This document shows, one piece after another, positions 11,201 to 23,972 of a DNA stretch of 42,411 nt (position 1 is its first letter; the number at the start of each line of letters is the position of its first letter). Below the pieces are notes generated by a model. The model had not been told where the DNA came from. It made no database searches and was given only the letters and a program-made list of their open reading frames with translations. The stretch lies in the NCBI GenBank assembly GCA_003990765.1, contig RBNJ01000090.1, positions 1-42,411 of the forward strand, written 5' to 3'. Origin of the DNA: Jimgerdemannia flammicorona. Lineage: Eukaryota. The position numbers and the translations under genes were made by a program.

Positions 11201-11593
11201 ACTCTTTTAATGATCATTGCAGGGTGAAAAATGAATAGACTGGACCAACATATGATTAAGGGCTGCTGTATTGTTTGCTCATAATGTAGCAGGAAAGAAA
11301 AAAGAAACAAGAAAAAGAACAAAAGAAGAGAGGGAATAAAAAAAAGGGTAATATCACCAAAGTGTGGCAGGAAAAAAAATCAAGAGCAAAAATGACCAAA
11401 AAAAAGGATGATATCACTAAAGATTTCAATCCAGATTAATCCAGAAGGATCAATTCAGATGAATTAATCCAGATAGATCAATCTGGATCAATCTGGATCA
11501 GATTATGAGACCAATATGAGTTGATTTGAATTAATCATATAACAAATCTGAATTGAATCTCATCCAGATCAACTCCATTTGTTTGGAGCACTA

Positions 11594-11928
11594 AGTAAAG
11601 AAGAAGAGAGTGGCTTCTATAGTAACTCTGGGGGAGAGTGGAGGCTCTGGACAGAGTATAGTAGCTGAGGATAAGGTGATTATAGAGGAGGCCCAAGTAT
11701 AGTATAGTGAGTCCATAAGAGGAGAAAGAACTGACAAGCTACAGGATATGCTGGAGAAGGACTGGAATGAGTCAGTGAGGATGAATGCTGAGAGAGGTCA
11801 GGGGATTGGTGGTCCTAAGTATCAATGAGGCTATAGAAGATGAGAGATAGTTATAGAAGATACTGATAAATATTATAGTAAATGAGTTAGGTAAGATACA
11901 TTTTTATATAATTAGTAAGAGGTACTGA
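11594..11928 (+). mobile_element. LINE-A segment 2 (middle of ORF1)
   Basis: tggaatgagtcagtgagg...tagaagat...aggtactga aligns to LINE-C 37999-38175. Confidence 0.8.
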
Positions 11929-12682
11929 TGTAATAAAATAAATAAATGAACAAGATGAACAGATGAGACATGACAAATAATCACATGACCTGATGATGAT
12001 ATCACTATCAATCATCAAATAACATATGATATATAATGAATATAATATAATAAACAAGATGCAAATAATGTGAATGATATAAATAAACAATATCCAGCTT
12101 ATTCTCAGTAACTGGAGCTATAACAAACACTGCAGTAACTAATCATTACCTAACAACAAAGATCCTGATCACAAACCACTTGATTATAAAGATTATAATT
12201 ATAAATCTCACCCATAGTTACTCAAATTAGTCACTCATATTTAGTCAGAAATTATGAACCAACTTGTATAAATATTTCCCAGTTTCTATTTGAAATAAGA
12301 CGGTTTTGGTTCAGTCCTTGATATAAGAATCAAGTTCTCCATATACAGATATATATTCCTCTGAGTTCTAGTAATACTATCTAAGTAACTCTACTATTTC
12401 TGACTAAACTTCAAAAGTCTAGCTAACTTTTGCCAAAACTGAGACTGGTATATAAATCCATTGAATCCGAATTCCAAGGTGAATTCAATCTGTATAAAGC
12501 AAAGAATAAGTTCCTTATAACTATAATTAATAAGAAAGATACTGCTGCTATAACTACTTTTAAGTGGGCACTTCCTTAAACTGAAGACTTCTTTGTATAC
12601 TTATATACTAAGTCTCTAAGTGATATCTGGTTTTCCTAATTATCCAAAAGATAAGAGAGGAGTTAAAATAAAAGTTATTACA
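11929..12682 (+). repeat. 5' LTR (754 bp, TGTAAT...ATTACA)
   Basis: Terminal inverted repeats tgtaat/attaca; colinear with 30672-31401. Confidence 0.92.
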
Positions 12683-12700
12683 ACTTGGTAATAGTGAATT
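12683..12700 (+). promoter_or_regulatory. Putative primer-binding site
   Basis: actTGGtaatagtg lies immediately after the 5' LTR (TGG is complementary to tRNA CCA). The tRNA cannot be assigned. Confidence 0.5.
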
Positions 12701-13149
12701 ACCAAGCCAAGAAGACATCAAGAATATACTTCTGAGAAGTTAAAATAAGACCAATCTTGGACATAAGTAACCTCAGAACTAACTGTGGATTCCCTAAGAA
12801 CAAAACCCTAAACCAGAGCCAGACAAGCTATTACAATTAGGACAAGGTAGTACCAAGACACCTTGGACCAAAGAACCCACCAGCTAGTAATTGATCTGAT
12901 ATATAGAGATTTATACAAGATCTTAAGAAACTACCACTAGGGCTGTTAAACAGTTCAAATTGATTTTAATTGGTTCAGATCATCAGTTTATATCCCAAAT
13001 TGGTTCAACTAATTAGTTTATTGCTATCTGGCATCAAAAATTATTTTATTAGCCTAGTAATTGATTTCACTAAGAATATAAGCAATTTGTAAAGTTGAAA
13101 GCTTGTGAAGTCTATCTTATAATCTGAGGCTTAAGACCATTACATAATT

Positions 13150-13885
13150 ATATGCCTGAAAGAGAGAGGGGAGGAGGGGGCATACTTGTCTTGTCTCATC
13201 ACTCAAAAGTGGGGAGGAGTTCCAAAGGGCACCTTAACTAAGGTATATATATATTCTCTTTATCTAGCTTTTCAAAAGGGGAGAGTGGGGAGGGTTTGAA
13301 ATGGTGCCTTAACTAAGGTATATAATTATATATTTTTTTCTCATCTAGCTTTTTGAAGGGAGAGAGTGTGTGCTTGTCTCATCTCACTGCTCATTTCAGC
13401 TTTTCAAAAGGAGAGAGTGTACTGCTAGGAGAAGGGTTCAAAATAGTGCCTTAACTAAGATATATAATTATATACTTTTTCCTTTTATCTAGCTTTTCAA
13501 AAGGGGGGGAGAGTGTGCACTTGCCTCATCTCACTACTCATTCTAGCTTTTTAAAATAGAGAGGGTTTGAAATGGTGCCTTAACTAAGATATATATTTAT
13601 ATTCCTTTTATCCAGCTTTTTGAAGGAGTGGAGGATGTATGCTTGCCTCATATCACTACTTATTCCAGATTTTTGAAAGGAGGAGGGTTCAAAATGGTAC
13701 CTTAACTAAGGTATATATATATATATTCCTTTTATCCAGCTTTTCAAAAGGGGAGGGTGCTCAGCTTTTTGGGTTTATAACAGCACCTTAACTAAGATAT
13801 ATATATATTTCTTTTATCCAGCTTTTCAAAAGAGCTTTTTGAAGGAGAGTATATGCTGCTCATTTCAGCTTTTTGAAAGAAGAGA
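13150..13885 (+). repeat. Degenerate tandem array in the hAT-2 3' region (core ccttaactaag(g/a)tatat...tccagcttt(tc/tg)aa)
   Basis: ccttaactaag recurs near 13232, 13307, 13449, 13578, 13700 and 13786. Confidence 0.9.
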
Positions 13886-14039
13886 GAGGATACAACTCAA
13901 ATAACCCAAGAAATATGTTGATGACTCTTCTCTTACTTTTAATATGATCTCTGATTGGCCTCAAGTAATTATAACAGAATAACTCTAACAACTATCAGTT
14001 TCTACATTTTACACTTTATCAGTAGACTCAGTAAATGAT

Positions 14040-15765
14040 AACCAAGAATGAAGGCACAACACTGCCAGAGCACTCTCCAGCAAAAGTGAGTTGTGGTTTT
14101 TTGTGATAGTGTTGCCAGTGATTGAAAAAAGCTGGAATTGTCAAAATATCCTAAGCCATAATGGCCAATGTTGGAAATTGGCTTTCAATTAGCTGCCACC
14201 AGTTGAGAGGATTGTCACTGCCATTTCCATTAGTAGTTTAAAGATAGCAATTGAGTTCATTGTTTACATTCATATTATAATTCTTCACAGAAGCACTTCT
14301 CTTTATGATAATAGATTCTCCAACCAGATCATGGAACTTTTGCACCAGTTTCTTCTTTTTAGAGGATGGCAGGAATATCAGAGCTCTCTGTGGAGTGCTG
14401 GAGATAGCCTGAGTAATGAGGTCTGCATACTCCTTAAGCTTGCTGATTTTCCAAATATATTTCTTATCATCTTTCTCTAGTTTTATGTCAGAATGTAGTA
14501 CTTGTGCTAACCAGTATATATCTGAAAGCTTAGTAGTATATTCTTGAAGTTTGCTTACTATAGCTCTATATGCTGGAATATTTTTATTGTTCAGGTATTT
14601 CTTTATAAGAGAATAAATTTCTTCAACTTTATAAAGTATTGGCTCCAAATATGTTGAGAGAGCTTTGGTGGCTTTGGCATAGATTTTTAAAACTTCAACA
14701 TGCATTTCAAGGGCCTTTCACTCATTTAACTCAAGTGTATTACTAATGTTCTTTGTTTGGAACTAGATAAACAAGAGCTGAAGAGCTGGCTTTTGGAGGA
14801 TAGTAGTATTGATCATGGCAAATGTAGAGGACCACCTTGTTGGACAATTATGGGGAAGGTCATAGTACTCAATCTTGCAGTCTTTGCAGCACTTTGAATT
14901 CTCCAATGATTTTAGAGCTCCTCTAGATTGTATTCACACAAAGGCAAAGCTTCATAAGTAGGCTGCTGGTGTTATCCTCATCAAATTCTTCCTCTACATC
15001 AAATAAATTCTTCAATCCATCCTGAACAACAAGGTTGATAACATGTGCACCACATCTGATATAGTATATTTCTCTCTTATATTTGCTGAGGATGATTTCT
15101 GCAAGTAAGTGAAAGCCACGAGTCATATTTGAGGCATTATCAGTGACAAGTACCGGAAACTTATCTTCAATACAATATTCTATAATAGTCATCAAAAGAA
15201 TGTCCTTTATTGCTTTGCCAGTGTGAGGATGCAGCATAGGGCAAATGACCAAAATGATTGCCTGGAGTTTTCAATTTGAATTGATGAAATGTGCTGTCAC
15301 TCCACAATAACTGTCCTTGGATCCTGAGGTCCAGAGGTCAAATGTCAAAGATATAGCTCCTGCTGTATGGTGTAGAGTATGTTGAATATGCCCTTTGTAA
15401 GATTCGAATTTCTCCATCACTAGTTTACAAGTAGTTTGACAGCAAGGAATATAATATCTTGGATTCAGGTGCTTTATGAAGGCTTTGAAGTCTTCATTAT
15501 CAGAAGTTGAGAATGGTTAAAGAGCTTTGACTATCCATGTAATGTAACTACTTGTAATAGTCTTGTGCTCTTGCTGGGTAAGAGGCAATTCAGTTTCCCC
15601 TTCCTTGGTCATCTTTTCGGGATGACATTTCTTGATATGAGTCCACAAGATAGATGTAGCGCTACCGGCTTGATAAATCTTCTCTTTAGGACAATAGTTG
15701 CACTGCCTTGAGCCATTGCCCAATTTCATAAAGTGGTGATAAACGCTGTTTCGGGAGGCACTCAT
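14040..15765 (-). pseudogene. hAT transposase pseudogene, apparently intronless
   Basis: MSASRNSVYHHF...QCNYC...TSILWTHIKKCH (BED); ISLTFDLWTS; PHTGKAI; VTDNASNM; IRCGAHVINLVVQ; PTRWSST; NPLNWWQ...FPTLAIMA*DIL. Broken into ORFs 15517-15822, 14923-15252 and 14238-14705. Confidence 0.92.
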
Positions 15766-15972
15766 TTTGATATATAAGTGTTTTTTGTAAAAGATGTAAA
15801 TTAGCGGCTCATGAGAGACCACAGGTCAATGAAGGCAGGAAAGTCTTAGGCACTTAGGTCTCGGGCATATTGTTTTCGGATGTATTGGTTTCAGGCATTG
15901 AATAGCTGTCTTCGTTTCGGGTGCCATCGTCATTGCATGGCTTGTCTCAGTCATGAGTAGTAACATCCACCT

Positions 15973-16329
15973 TTTGACCTGAGCATTTAAAATTTAATAA
16001 CTCCATGAATCCATATCCAATGTTAATAATCTTGGTCATGTTTGGAAGCTATGAATATTGGCCTCCAGGCATATTTTATTTCGATGAAATCGGATGTGTA
16101 TTCATCGAGCCATTGCACGTTAAAAAACTTAGGTCGATCGCGGGTTGACTCTTCAAACGGCGATCGACCCGAGTTTTTTTAAAGTGCAATAGCTCTATGA
16201 AAACACATCCGATTTCATCGAAATAAAATGTGCCTGAAAGCCAATATTCATATCTTTCAAAAGTAATCAAGGTCATTAAGACTGGGTGTAGTTTCATGAA
16301 GTTATTAAATTTTAAACGTTCAGATCAAA
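15973..16329. repeat. Long imperfect inverted repeat (arms ~170 bp, centre ~16150) upstream of the hAT-2 transposase
   Basis: For example ttttatttcgatgaaatcggatgtgt pairs with acacatccgatttcatcgaaataaaa, and ggtcgatcgc pairs with gcgatcgacc. Confidence 0.92.
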
Positions 16330-16575
16330 TGGCAGACACCTTGCGGATTGTACTTTTTGCTGAAAGAGACCGAGTTCTATTACTGTTTCAAGTCAAGTAG
16401 CCGATTCTGAATATATAAACTCATACAGGAAGTATTTATATGATTTATTCTTATGTAAATAAGAAATAAAGATACAAATCATTTTGAAACCGCTGACTGA
16501 ATCGAACCAAACCAAAGCGGTTCAAACTGGTTTGAACCTTTTGGCTTCAAACCATTTAACAGCCTTAACTACCAC

Positions 16576-18240
16576 CCAGGTCTCAGGAATACAGTCAGTC
16601 ATTGTAGGTTCTACAAACTTCTCAATAGCTACCTTGAAACCACTAGGACTCAAGAATCTACTGCTGTAGCCACCTAGGAATTTCTAGACTATATCTCACC
16701 CTCTACAGCAAGAGCAGCAGTGGCCAAGTGGTTAACATCTAGCAGATATCATCATACTCCTACCAGAACATCTCTCTACTACAGGCTAGTTGCATACTAT
16801 ATCACTACTATATCAAGATATAAGACTGAACAGGCAGGCCACCCACTCCCTACTGCTGATCAAGAAGCAGGCTCATCTACCTAGCCAGAAACTGATATCC
16901 TCTTCAAACTATCTCATCAAAAAAGGGAGTGAGACAAAAACTCTACAGGATATCTGTCTAACAATAGCCAACAAGAAACAGCAGGCCTAGGAATTTACCA
17001 AAGATCTATAGGTCAAGAAGATCAGACTCTAAAACCAATCCAGCCACTCATATGGAGGTTTGGTTTACCAACTCTTATAGGACTTTTTGATCTGATCTCT
17101 GGAAATCAAGTAACCCCAAGTCATACAGCACTATAACCTCTTCAGGCAGAATAAACATCAGGAGAATCTACCCATATAGGCCCACTACCAGTAGTTAAGA
17201 AAATAGTAAATACCAATATTATAGCCCTGACTACCCAGTTTGCTGTACTAGCAGGAATAGTAGGACAAATTACTGAATAGAACAAATCAACCAAAAGCTT
17301 GAGAATTGTCACCTTCAGTAGAAGAAATAGTGATATTGAAACATTCATCAATGCAGTTGATATAGGATACTGAGAAAATCAATAGAATGATAATTAAGTA
17401 CCTATAGGGATACTCACCAATAACTAAGACAATATCCTTTAACAGTTATTTGCCACATTAGTAGCACAAGTAGAATCAGTAGTAATATTCTTCACTAGAA
17501 TAGTAGCTGAGTTCTGGCATACTTACCCAGTAATCTAGAAAGACTGCCCTCAAGTCACTAGATAGATACTTGGTCATACTAGGCCAGATTGGGATGAATA
17601 TATAGTAGGCTCAGGACTCAAGACTCTGCTACTGACCAAATTTCGAAATATAGCCTACATATAAGAAACTTGGAACAAACTGGCTCAGATGAAGTTCTAC
17701 AAGAATAATGAGGAGGACCTAGAAACCTTTACCACTAAGATGAATATCTACCTCAAAACTATGAGACTTATCTACCAGAAAAACAATTTGGCCATCATTG
17801 GAACTAGGGCCAATTACCTCTTCATAGCTCTACCAGACTGACTCACCCAGAAGATTAAGATATAAGACCTTCCCCAAGGATGTCCCCACTACTTATAGTG
17901 CTTTGCCCAGATATAAAGATAAGTCTGTAAAATTCTTCCTATATAGGTCCCATGATATCTAAAATATAAGAAAGATAATCAAGATAGAGAGAATCTCACC
18001 AGAAGCAATAACTAAAGAAATGACCAAAGGAATGACCAAAGGAATCAGTAAAATCCCAGAGGACTAAGACTCCCTAATGAGGATAAAAAGAAACAACTTT
18101 GCAAAAAAGAATTGTGCTTCATTTTTTAGAAGGTAGGATATATCTCCTTTGAATATCTTGAGAAGAAAAATAGATCAGATGAACTCTATAACCAGAATAT
18201 CACTGTTATTAGAGAAGGTCCAGAAAAGAAGAACTCTAAG
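16576..18240 (+). pseudogene. Gypsy gag (decayed) ending in a CCHC zinc knuckle
   Basis: Position 5' of pol. ELCFIF*KVGYISFEY at 18109-18156 is a decayed C-x2-C-x4-H-x4-C. The start is not defined. Confidence 0.65.
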
Positions 18241-18650
18241 AATATTATCAAAGTACAGAAAATATGATAAAAGGCTATCATCTCCACTAAGGTCCACTTT
18301 ATTGATACTGGATATAACCTTTATAGTAGTCTAAACCTCATCATTCTACCAAGTACCAATGCCACAGTGTATACTGAAATTGTAATACTAGCTCTTAAAG
18401 GAATATATATTCATCTTCCTGAGCAAAGTAGCCTGGGCAAAGAATTCAACATTAGGCTAAAAGAAGGAGTAGTTGCTTAAGGATTTACTGGTGAAATCCA
18501 TATAATCTTGTAAAATTTTGGAGCCACCTCATTTGAAGTCAAAGTAGATCAAAAAATTGCTCAAGCAATCATCAAAGAAATCTATTTAGATCTCATCATT
18601 GAGGAAGTCTCCAAACTCTCCCAGATAGACTATAGTAAGAAAGGGTCAGT
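18241..18650 (+). pseudogene. dUTPase domain of the Gypsy polyprotein
   Basis: All five trimeric dUTPase motifs appear in one frame and in order: DTGYNLY (AGYDL), EQSSLG (RSSL), GVVA*GFTGEI (GVID.GY.GEI), DQKIAQ (GDRIAQ), DYSKKG (RG.GG). Confidence 0.88.
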
Positions 18651-18928
18651 CAAAAGGTTTTCACAATAATGAAAGATAATAAAAACTAGTATAAGAGAAT
18701 TATATATAGTTATGCACCATATGGACAATGTTCTCATTTTATTAATATACTATATAGAATATATTACTGAATACCATATATGCCTCTCCAAGGTTTCCTA
18801 ATTTCAATCTGAGAAATGCCAAGCCCAGTAGATAGAGAAACTCAAAACAGACCACTCTCTCTGTGAAGAATAGAGAGAGACTGACTTTGAGGAGACTGAT
18901 AGCAATTATAACAATAAGGACAAAGAGC

Positions 18929-19306
18929 CACTGTCGGGTGGGTGTTAGCAGTTTGGGTGGGTCTGGCAGGACATTGGCTATTTGTATTTGAGAAGGGGCG
19001 GCAGATGAGCCTGCAGGAGAAGGTTGTAAGGTGGGAGGAGCTGTTGGGGGATCTGTTGACTGGATGGTGGATAGGTTGGGGTCCCTCAGGGGGGTGGCGG
19101 CAAGGTTTGGTGACAAGGATATGTGAACAGAGTGGTGGGAGGGTGGGAATTGTATTCGATAGAGTGGTGTTTCATCGAGAAGGGGTAGGAAGGAGGGACC
19201 CCCCTAGGGGGATTGGTTAGGGGGTGGGTTTATTGTATTTATATAGGGTAGATGGGTGTAATAAAGAATGAGTCCAAGTGACTATAAAAAAAAATAAATA
19301 AAATAA
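18929..19306 (+). mobile_element. LINE-D: 5'-truncated LINE with an A-rich tail
   Basis: Perfect 16-bp TSD aataaggacaaagagc (18913-18928, 19307-19322); 3' end ccaagtgactat(A)n. ORF 18942-19220 is homologous to the ORF2 C-terminus at ~41870-42156. Confidence 0.95.
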
Positions 19307-19322
19307 AATAAGGACAAAGAGC

Positions 19323-22300
19323 TCAACACCATCAAGGAGAAGAACATTTGCATCAAGTTTATACAGACAGAATGTCAATGTCTTATTAGAAAGTTGTGCT
19401 ACTGGAAACTATATTAGTACCAAGACTGCAAAGAGGATTGGAGCCCAAAGTAGACCAGCTACTGAAAAAAGAAGTATTATCTTTGGTAATGGCAAAACTG
19501 CACCTTTGACCAAGATCTATAAAAATATCAAGAGAAGCTATATTTTAGCATCATACTCTTCCAGAATAAGACATTATCCTAGGAAAGACCTAGTTGACTC
19601 AGTACACCCAGGACATCACCTGGAGGATCAATGATGTTAACCTGACTTATGAGAGTAGAAAGATCATCCTATTATATCAAGAAGATTCTAACTATCAAGG
19701 AATCAAGATCATCTCTACCATTCAAATGAAGAGACTCTCTTGTAAAAAAGAAAATACATACTTAATCTGTATTGCACAAGAAGTCACTGAAGCCCCAAGA
19801 AGTCCAGTCTCATCAGAAGCTTAAGAATTATTTGAGAAATTTTAAGATATATTCTAGAAATCTAAAGAACTTCCAACAAAGTGCCAAATTCAATATGGAA
19901 TTAACTTCATACCAGGATCTGAACCTCTATACAAGAGTATCTACCATCTGGTCCAATCTAAACTCAAGATTCTCAAGGATGAGTTAATAAAACTATTGAC
20001 CTAAGGATATATTAAATCTAGCTGTTCTCTATTTGGAGAACCCATTCTGTTTATTAAGAAGAAGTATGGCTCTCTGCACAATATATATCAACTATAGAGC
20101 TCTCAATAAGATCACTATCAAGAACCAGTATATCTTACCTAGGATTGTTAAGTTATTATACCAAATCTTCAAGACCAAGACCTTTTTCCTACTGGACTTG
20201 TAAAATAGTTATTACCAGATTCTTATTGATAAGAAGAATATTGGAAAGACAGCTTTCAGAATATATTTTGGATACTACTAGTTCTGAGTCATGCCTTTTG
20301 ATTTGACCACTATACCAGTAATATTCCAATATCTAATTAGCAATATCTTTGGACTATTGCTCAATATTTATGTCCTTATATATAATGATTATATACTAAT
20401 CAACAGTAAAACAGTAGAGCTATACTACACTCATCTCAGGCATATACATACTGATCCTTTTACAAGAATACCAGCTATATGCCAAGATGGGTAAGTGTAA
20501 ATTCTATTAAGACCAGATTGAGTATCTAGAACATATCATCTCTGCTAAAGGCATCAATGTAGAACTCCAAAAGGTATCAGCTCTCAAGGATATCTCTATC
20601 TCTACTACCCTCAAGCTACTTCAGTATATCCTGAGTATTATAGGTTACTACCAAAGATTTATCTAAAGATATCTTGCTATTATAGTCCCACTAACTGATC
20701 TGGCCCACAAAAGAGTAAATATCAAGAATGAATGGATTTCCAAGTACACTCAGGCCATGGACCACCTCAAGAGATTTCTTATCAAGGCTCTAGTACTAAT
20801 TATATCTGACTCTACTAGGCTATTTACTCTGACCACAGTTGTCTCTAATATTGTCATTGGGGTAGTATTCAGCCAAGAAGATCATCCAGTGGCCTATCTC
20901 ACCTAAAAGCTCAAGCCAGCTAAGACTCAGTATTCTACTCATGAGAAGGAACTTCTGACCATTGTCACTGCACTCTAGGAATTGTACCACTTTCTTCTAA
21001 GACAAACATTTGTGACCTTCACTAATGACTCTATTCTGTGATTATACAGTCCATGCTGATCTACAGATAAGCCAATTGAATAGAAATCATAGCCAACTTT
21101 AATATAGAAAACAAGTATATCTCAGACAAAACCAACCTTATGACTAATGGTTTCTCCAGATATATGGAGGATAAATCTGTCTTTATGGTTGAGGTAATTA
21201 GAGACCTCACTCTGATTATCAAAGATGACTACCAACAAGGCAGCCTCCTGGTAAAATTCCTTCAATTCTATCAAAATGCAGAGGCTAAGATCTCAGAATC
21301 CATGAGGCAAATTTTCAAAAGATTTACTTATCATAATGCACTTATCTATAGAGACTATGACAGAGTGATTATACCCAATAATGATACTCTATAACTTAAG
21401 ATTTTACAGGAACTCTATAATATTTCTATAGTAAGACATTTTAGTTTTGAGAAGACCTGCAATCTCCTCTCAAGAGAGTTCTACTGACTAAAGATGACTA
21501 AAGATATCAAAGATTTCATAGCTTCATCTCAGATGTGTCAAAGATTCAAAAGTGGCAACAAGTTATCAATAGGACTTCTGCAACCCCTGTCCATCCTTTG
21601 CCATAACTGGGATCAGATTGCAATGGTCTTCATTGTCTAGCTCCCCAAGACTAAGGCAGGATAGAATACTATTATAGTATTTATAGACTGTCTGAGTAAA
21701 TAAGCTTACTTTACCCCCAATAAGACTACTGCTATAGTATCAGAAATTGCTAAAATCTTTCTCAACCAAGTATTCAGACTATATGGCATATCTAGTTCCA
21801 TTGTCTCTGAATGTGATGCTAAGTTTAAAAGCAACTTCTAGAAGACATTCTTCTCTCTCCATAGAACCAAGCTCAAGTTCTCTACTGCCTACCACTCTCA
21901 GACTAATGGTCAGACTGAGTGAACCAATAGGAGTCTCAAGAAGATGTTCAGTATTTTTTACTATTATAAGCAAAGTGATTGAGACAAATATCTAGTCCAT
22001 ACTGAGTTTGTCTACTACAATAGCTAGTAAATCTCTATGAAGATAACTCCATTCTTTCTAAACTATAATCAATACCCAAGAACCCTGAGTACTACTATAA
22101 AATTGGTAGTTCCAGCAGCTCAAGATCTGGTCAAGACTCTTTCGGATCTTATACAAATGACAAGAGAAGCTCTCATAGAAGTATAGGACTACTAAACTAA
22201 GTATGCCAACTTGAAGTAAAGGGAAGCCTCTTACAATATTAGTGACATAGTTATACTTAGAATAGACCATCACTATCCAGATACCCTAACACAGCAACAA

Positions 22301-22680
22301 TCTAAGAAACTCCATGCTAGATGAATTTGACCATATAAGATTGTGGAAAAAGTTAGCAAAGTTAACTACAAGTTACAACTCCACTACAATATTTGAGTAT
22401 ACTCAGTATTCCATGTCAGTCAACTGGTAGACTACAATGTGAACTCATTCTCTGAGCATACAGTTCTACCAATACCCCTAATTAGGATCAATAATCATGA
22501 GAAATTCAAAATTGAGGAAGTACTTGACTGCAAGGTCTACAAATATACTAAAACCATTAAGCTGTTTTTCCTTATTAAGTAAAAGAATTACCCCACCCAT
22601 AATGCTATCTAGAAAAAAGAAGTACTGGAGAATGTATATGAAGAACTTCAGGACTATATAGAAATACTCACCTCTTAGCA
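19323..22680 (+). pseudogene. Gypsy pol: aspartic protease, RT, RNase H, integrase, chromodomain (decayed)
   Basis: LLESCATGNYI (protease DSG, 19383); PILFIKKK, INYRALNKIT, KTAF, VMPFDL, IYNDYILI (RT); HPVAY, YSTHEKELLTI (RNase H); GLLQPL, STAYHSQTNGQTE (integrase); FKIEEVLD...FLIK*KNY (chromodomain, ~22500-22670). Confidence 0.93.
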
Positions 22681-23199
22681 AAGACAGAAAATGCAGCTCT
22701 AAGCTTAGAGTATATAGTAAATAAAGAAGATAACATATATTTATCTGGAATATATAATATCAAATGTTGTGAAAAATGAATACTATAATTAGCCAGCAAG
22801 ACAAACAGATTGTTGTGCTCTAGACCTCTGACATATAGTTAAACCAGAAGGACTGTTTGAATCAGTACAATATGCAGTGACTATACTGATATGATATAGT
22901 ACTTATTAGTAGCTACAGAAAGTCATCTGATCAGGCTTAAACCCCCAGTCTGCAGCCTGAAGAACAACATCTTAACAGAGCAACCAATTCTCTATTTAAA
23001 GTCAAAAGAAGGAAATTTCAAACTGATGAAACTCAGTAATTCCTATTTGATTAGCATATGCCCCACTTATAGTAACAGATCATATATCTCTCTAGGAATA
23101 TGATTGAAATGATATCACACTAGACTAATAAATAAGAATAAATACCCAGAGCTGGAATACACTATAACCTCTATCTCCCTCTCTTCTTCCAAAAGAAAA

Positions 23200-23893
23200 C
23201 CAATATAAGAATACCTACTATCTGCTACCAAACAGCCCAACATAGCCAGTCTCTAACCCTAACTCTTGACTGCCTCTTTGGATATATGTATCTAGATTAC
23301 TATTCAAGGAAGGAACTGCTGCTCTGTGATCCTTAATCTCACCAGCAAGAACCTAGAACACTATGTCCTCAACTACTGTGAAATCAAAGAAAGGGCCTAC
23401 CTTGCTACCAGTCACCTAAAGATCTGGTATAAATATGAAATTAGCCACCAACTACTTTTTTAATATGTATAAGGCCTACTCATTGACTCAGATTGCAGAC
23501 TGGACTAACCTGGACAGATTTTAGTAAAGACTAGTTAAGAAGGTTTATCAAATCATGTACTATATATCTTTTACAATTCCCAACCTCAACTATGTATAAC
23601 TGAAAGACTTCTAGAATGTCTTTTTCTTCAAGGTTGATATACTGGAGATCAAGATTATCCAGGAAGCCAACTTCTAGATTACTCTCAAGTCTACTGACTT
23701 CAAATCCCACTAAAGCTCTCTCCTAAATAACAACCCAGACCAATGGCTCAAAGGTCTTTCTGACCTCTTTGAAGGGTCTCTCTTCTAAATAGATTTCTCC
23801 AGACATGATGAGCAAGAACTCTATCTGAATGGTCCCAACTATATTAGATAGAGAACTCCTATCTCACTGCCTATACCAGTTTAAGAACTATTT
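23200..23893 (+). pseudogene. Decayed extra ORF between pol and the 3' LTR, 5' part (continues at 30313-30415 after LINE-B)
   Basis: A codon-like frame ...NLEHYVLNYCEIKERAY / FNMYKAYSLTQIADWTNLDRF...KVDILEIKIIQEANF...DQWLKGLSDLFEG continues in frame across the LINE-B TSD into ESFADLIDFFILDIKP. No recognisable domain. Confidence 0.45.
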
Positions 23894-23972
23894 TTTATTT
23901 TTTTCTTTTATAGTCACTCAGACTTTGCCATTTATTATCAGTCTATATATAAAATTACATTATCTTCTCTCA

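Larger units (their letters stand above)
5184..11593 (+). mobile_element. hAT DNA transposon hAT-1 (6410 bp) with a passenger gene
   Basis: TIRs TAGTGCTC...GAGCACTA; 8-bp TSD agtaaagg (5176-5183) / agtaaaga (11594-11601); subterminal repeats at both ends; decayed hAT transposase. LINE-A resumes after the right TIR. Confidence 0.92.
12938..16567 (-). mobile_element. hAT DNA transposon hAT-2 (3630 bp) inserted in the Gypsy leader/gag
   Basis: TIRs tagggctgttaaa / tttaacagcctta (1 mismatch); perfect 8-bp TSD actaccac (12930-12937, 16568-16575); minus-strand transposase. Confidence 0.95.

Noticed and set aside
11921-11928. Target-site duplication of the Gypsy element
   Set aside because: Left actga versus right (a)agtaa matches at only 3 of 5 positions. 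The boundaries rest on the LTR termini and LINE continuity instead.
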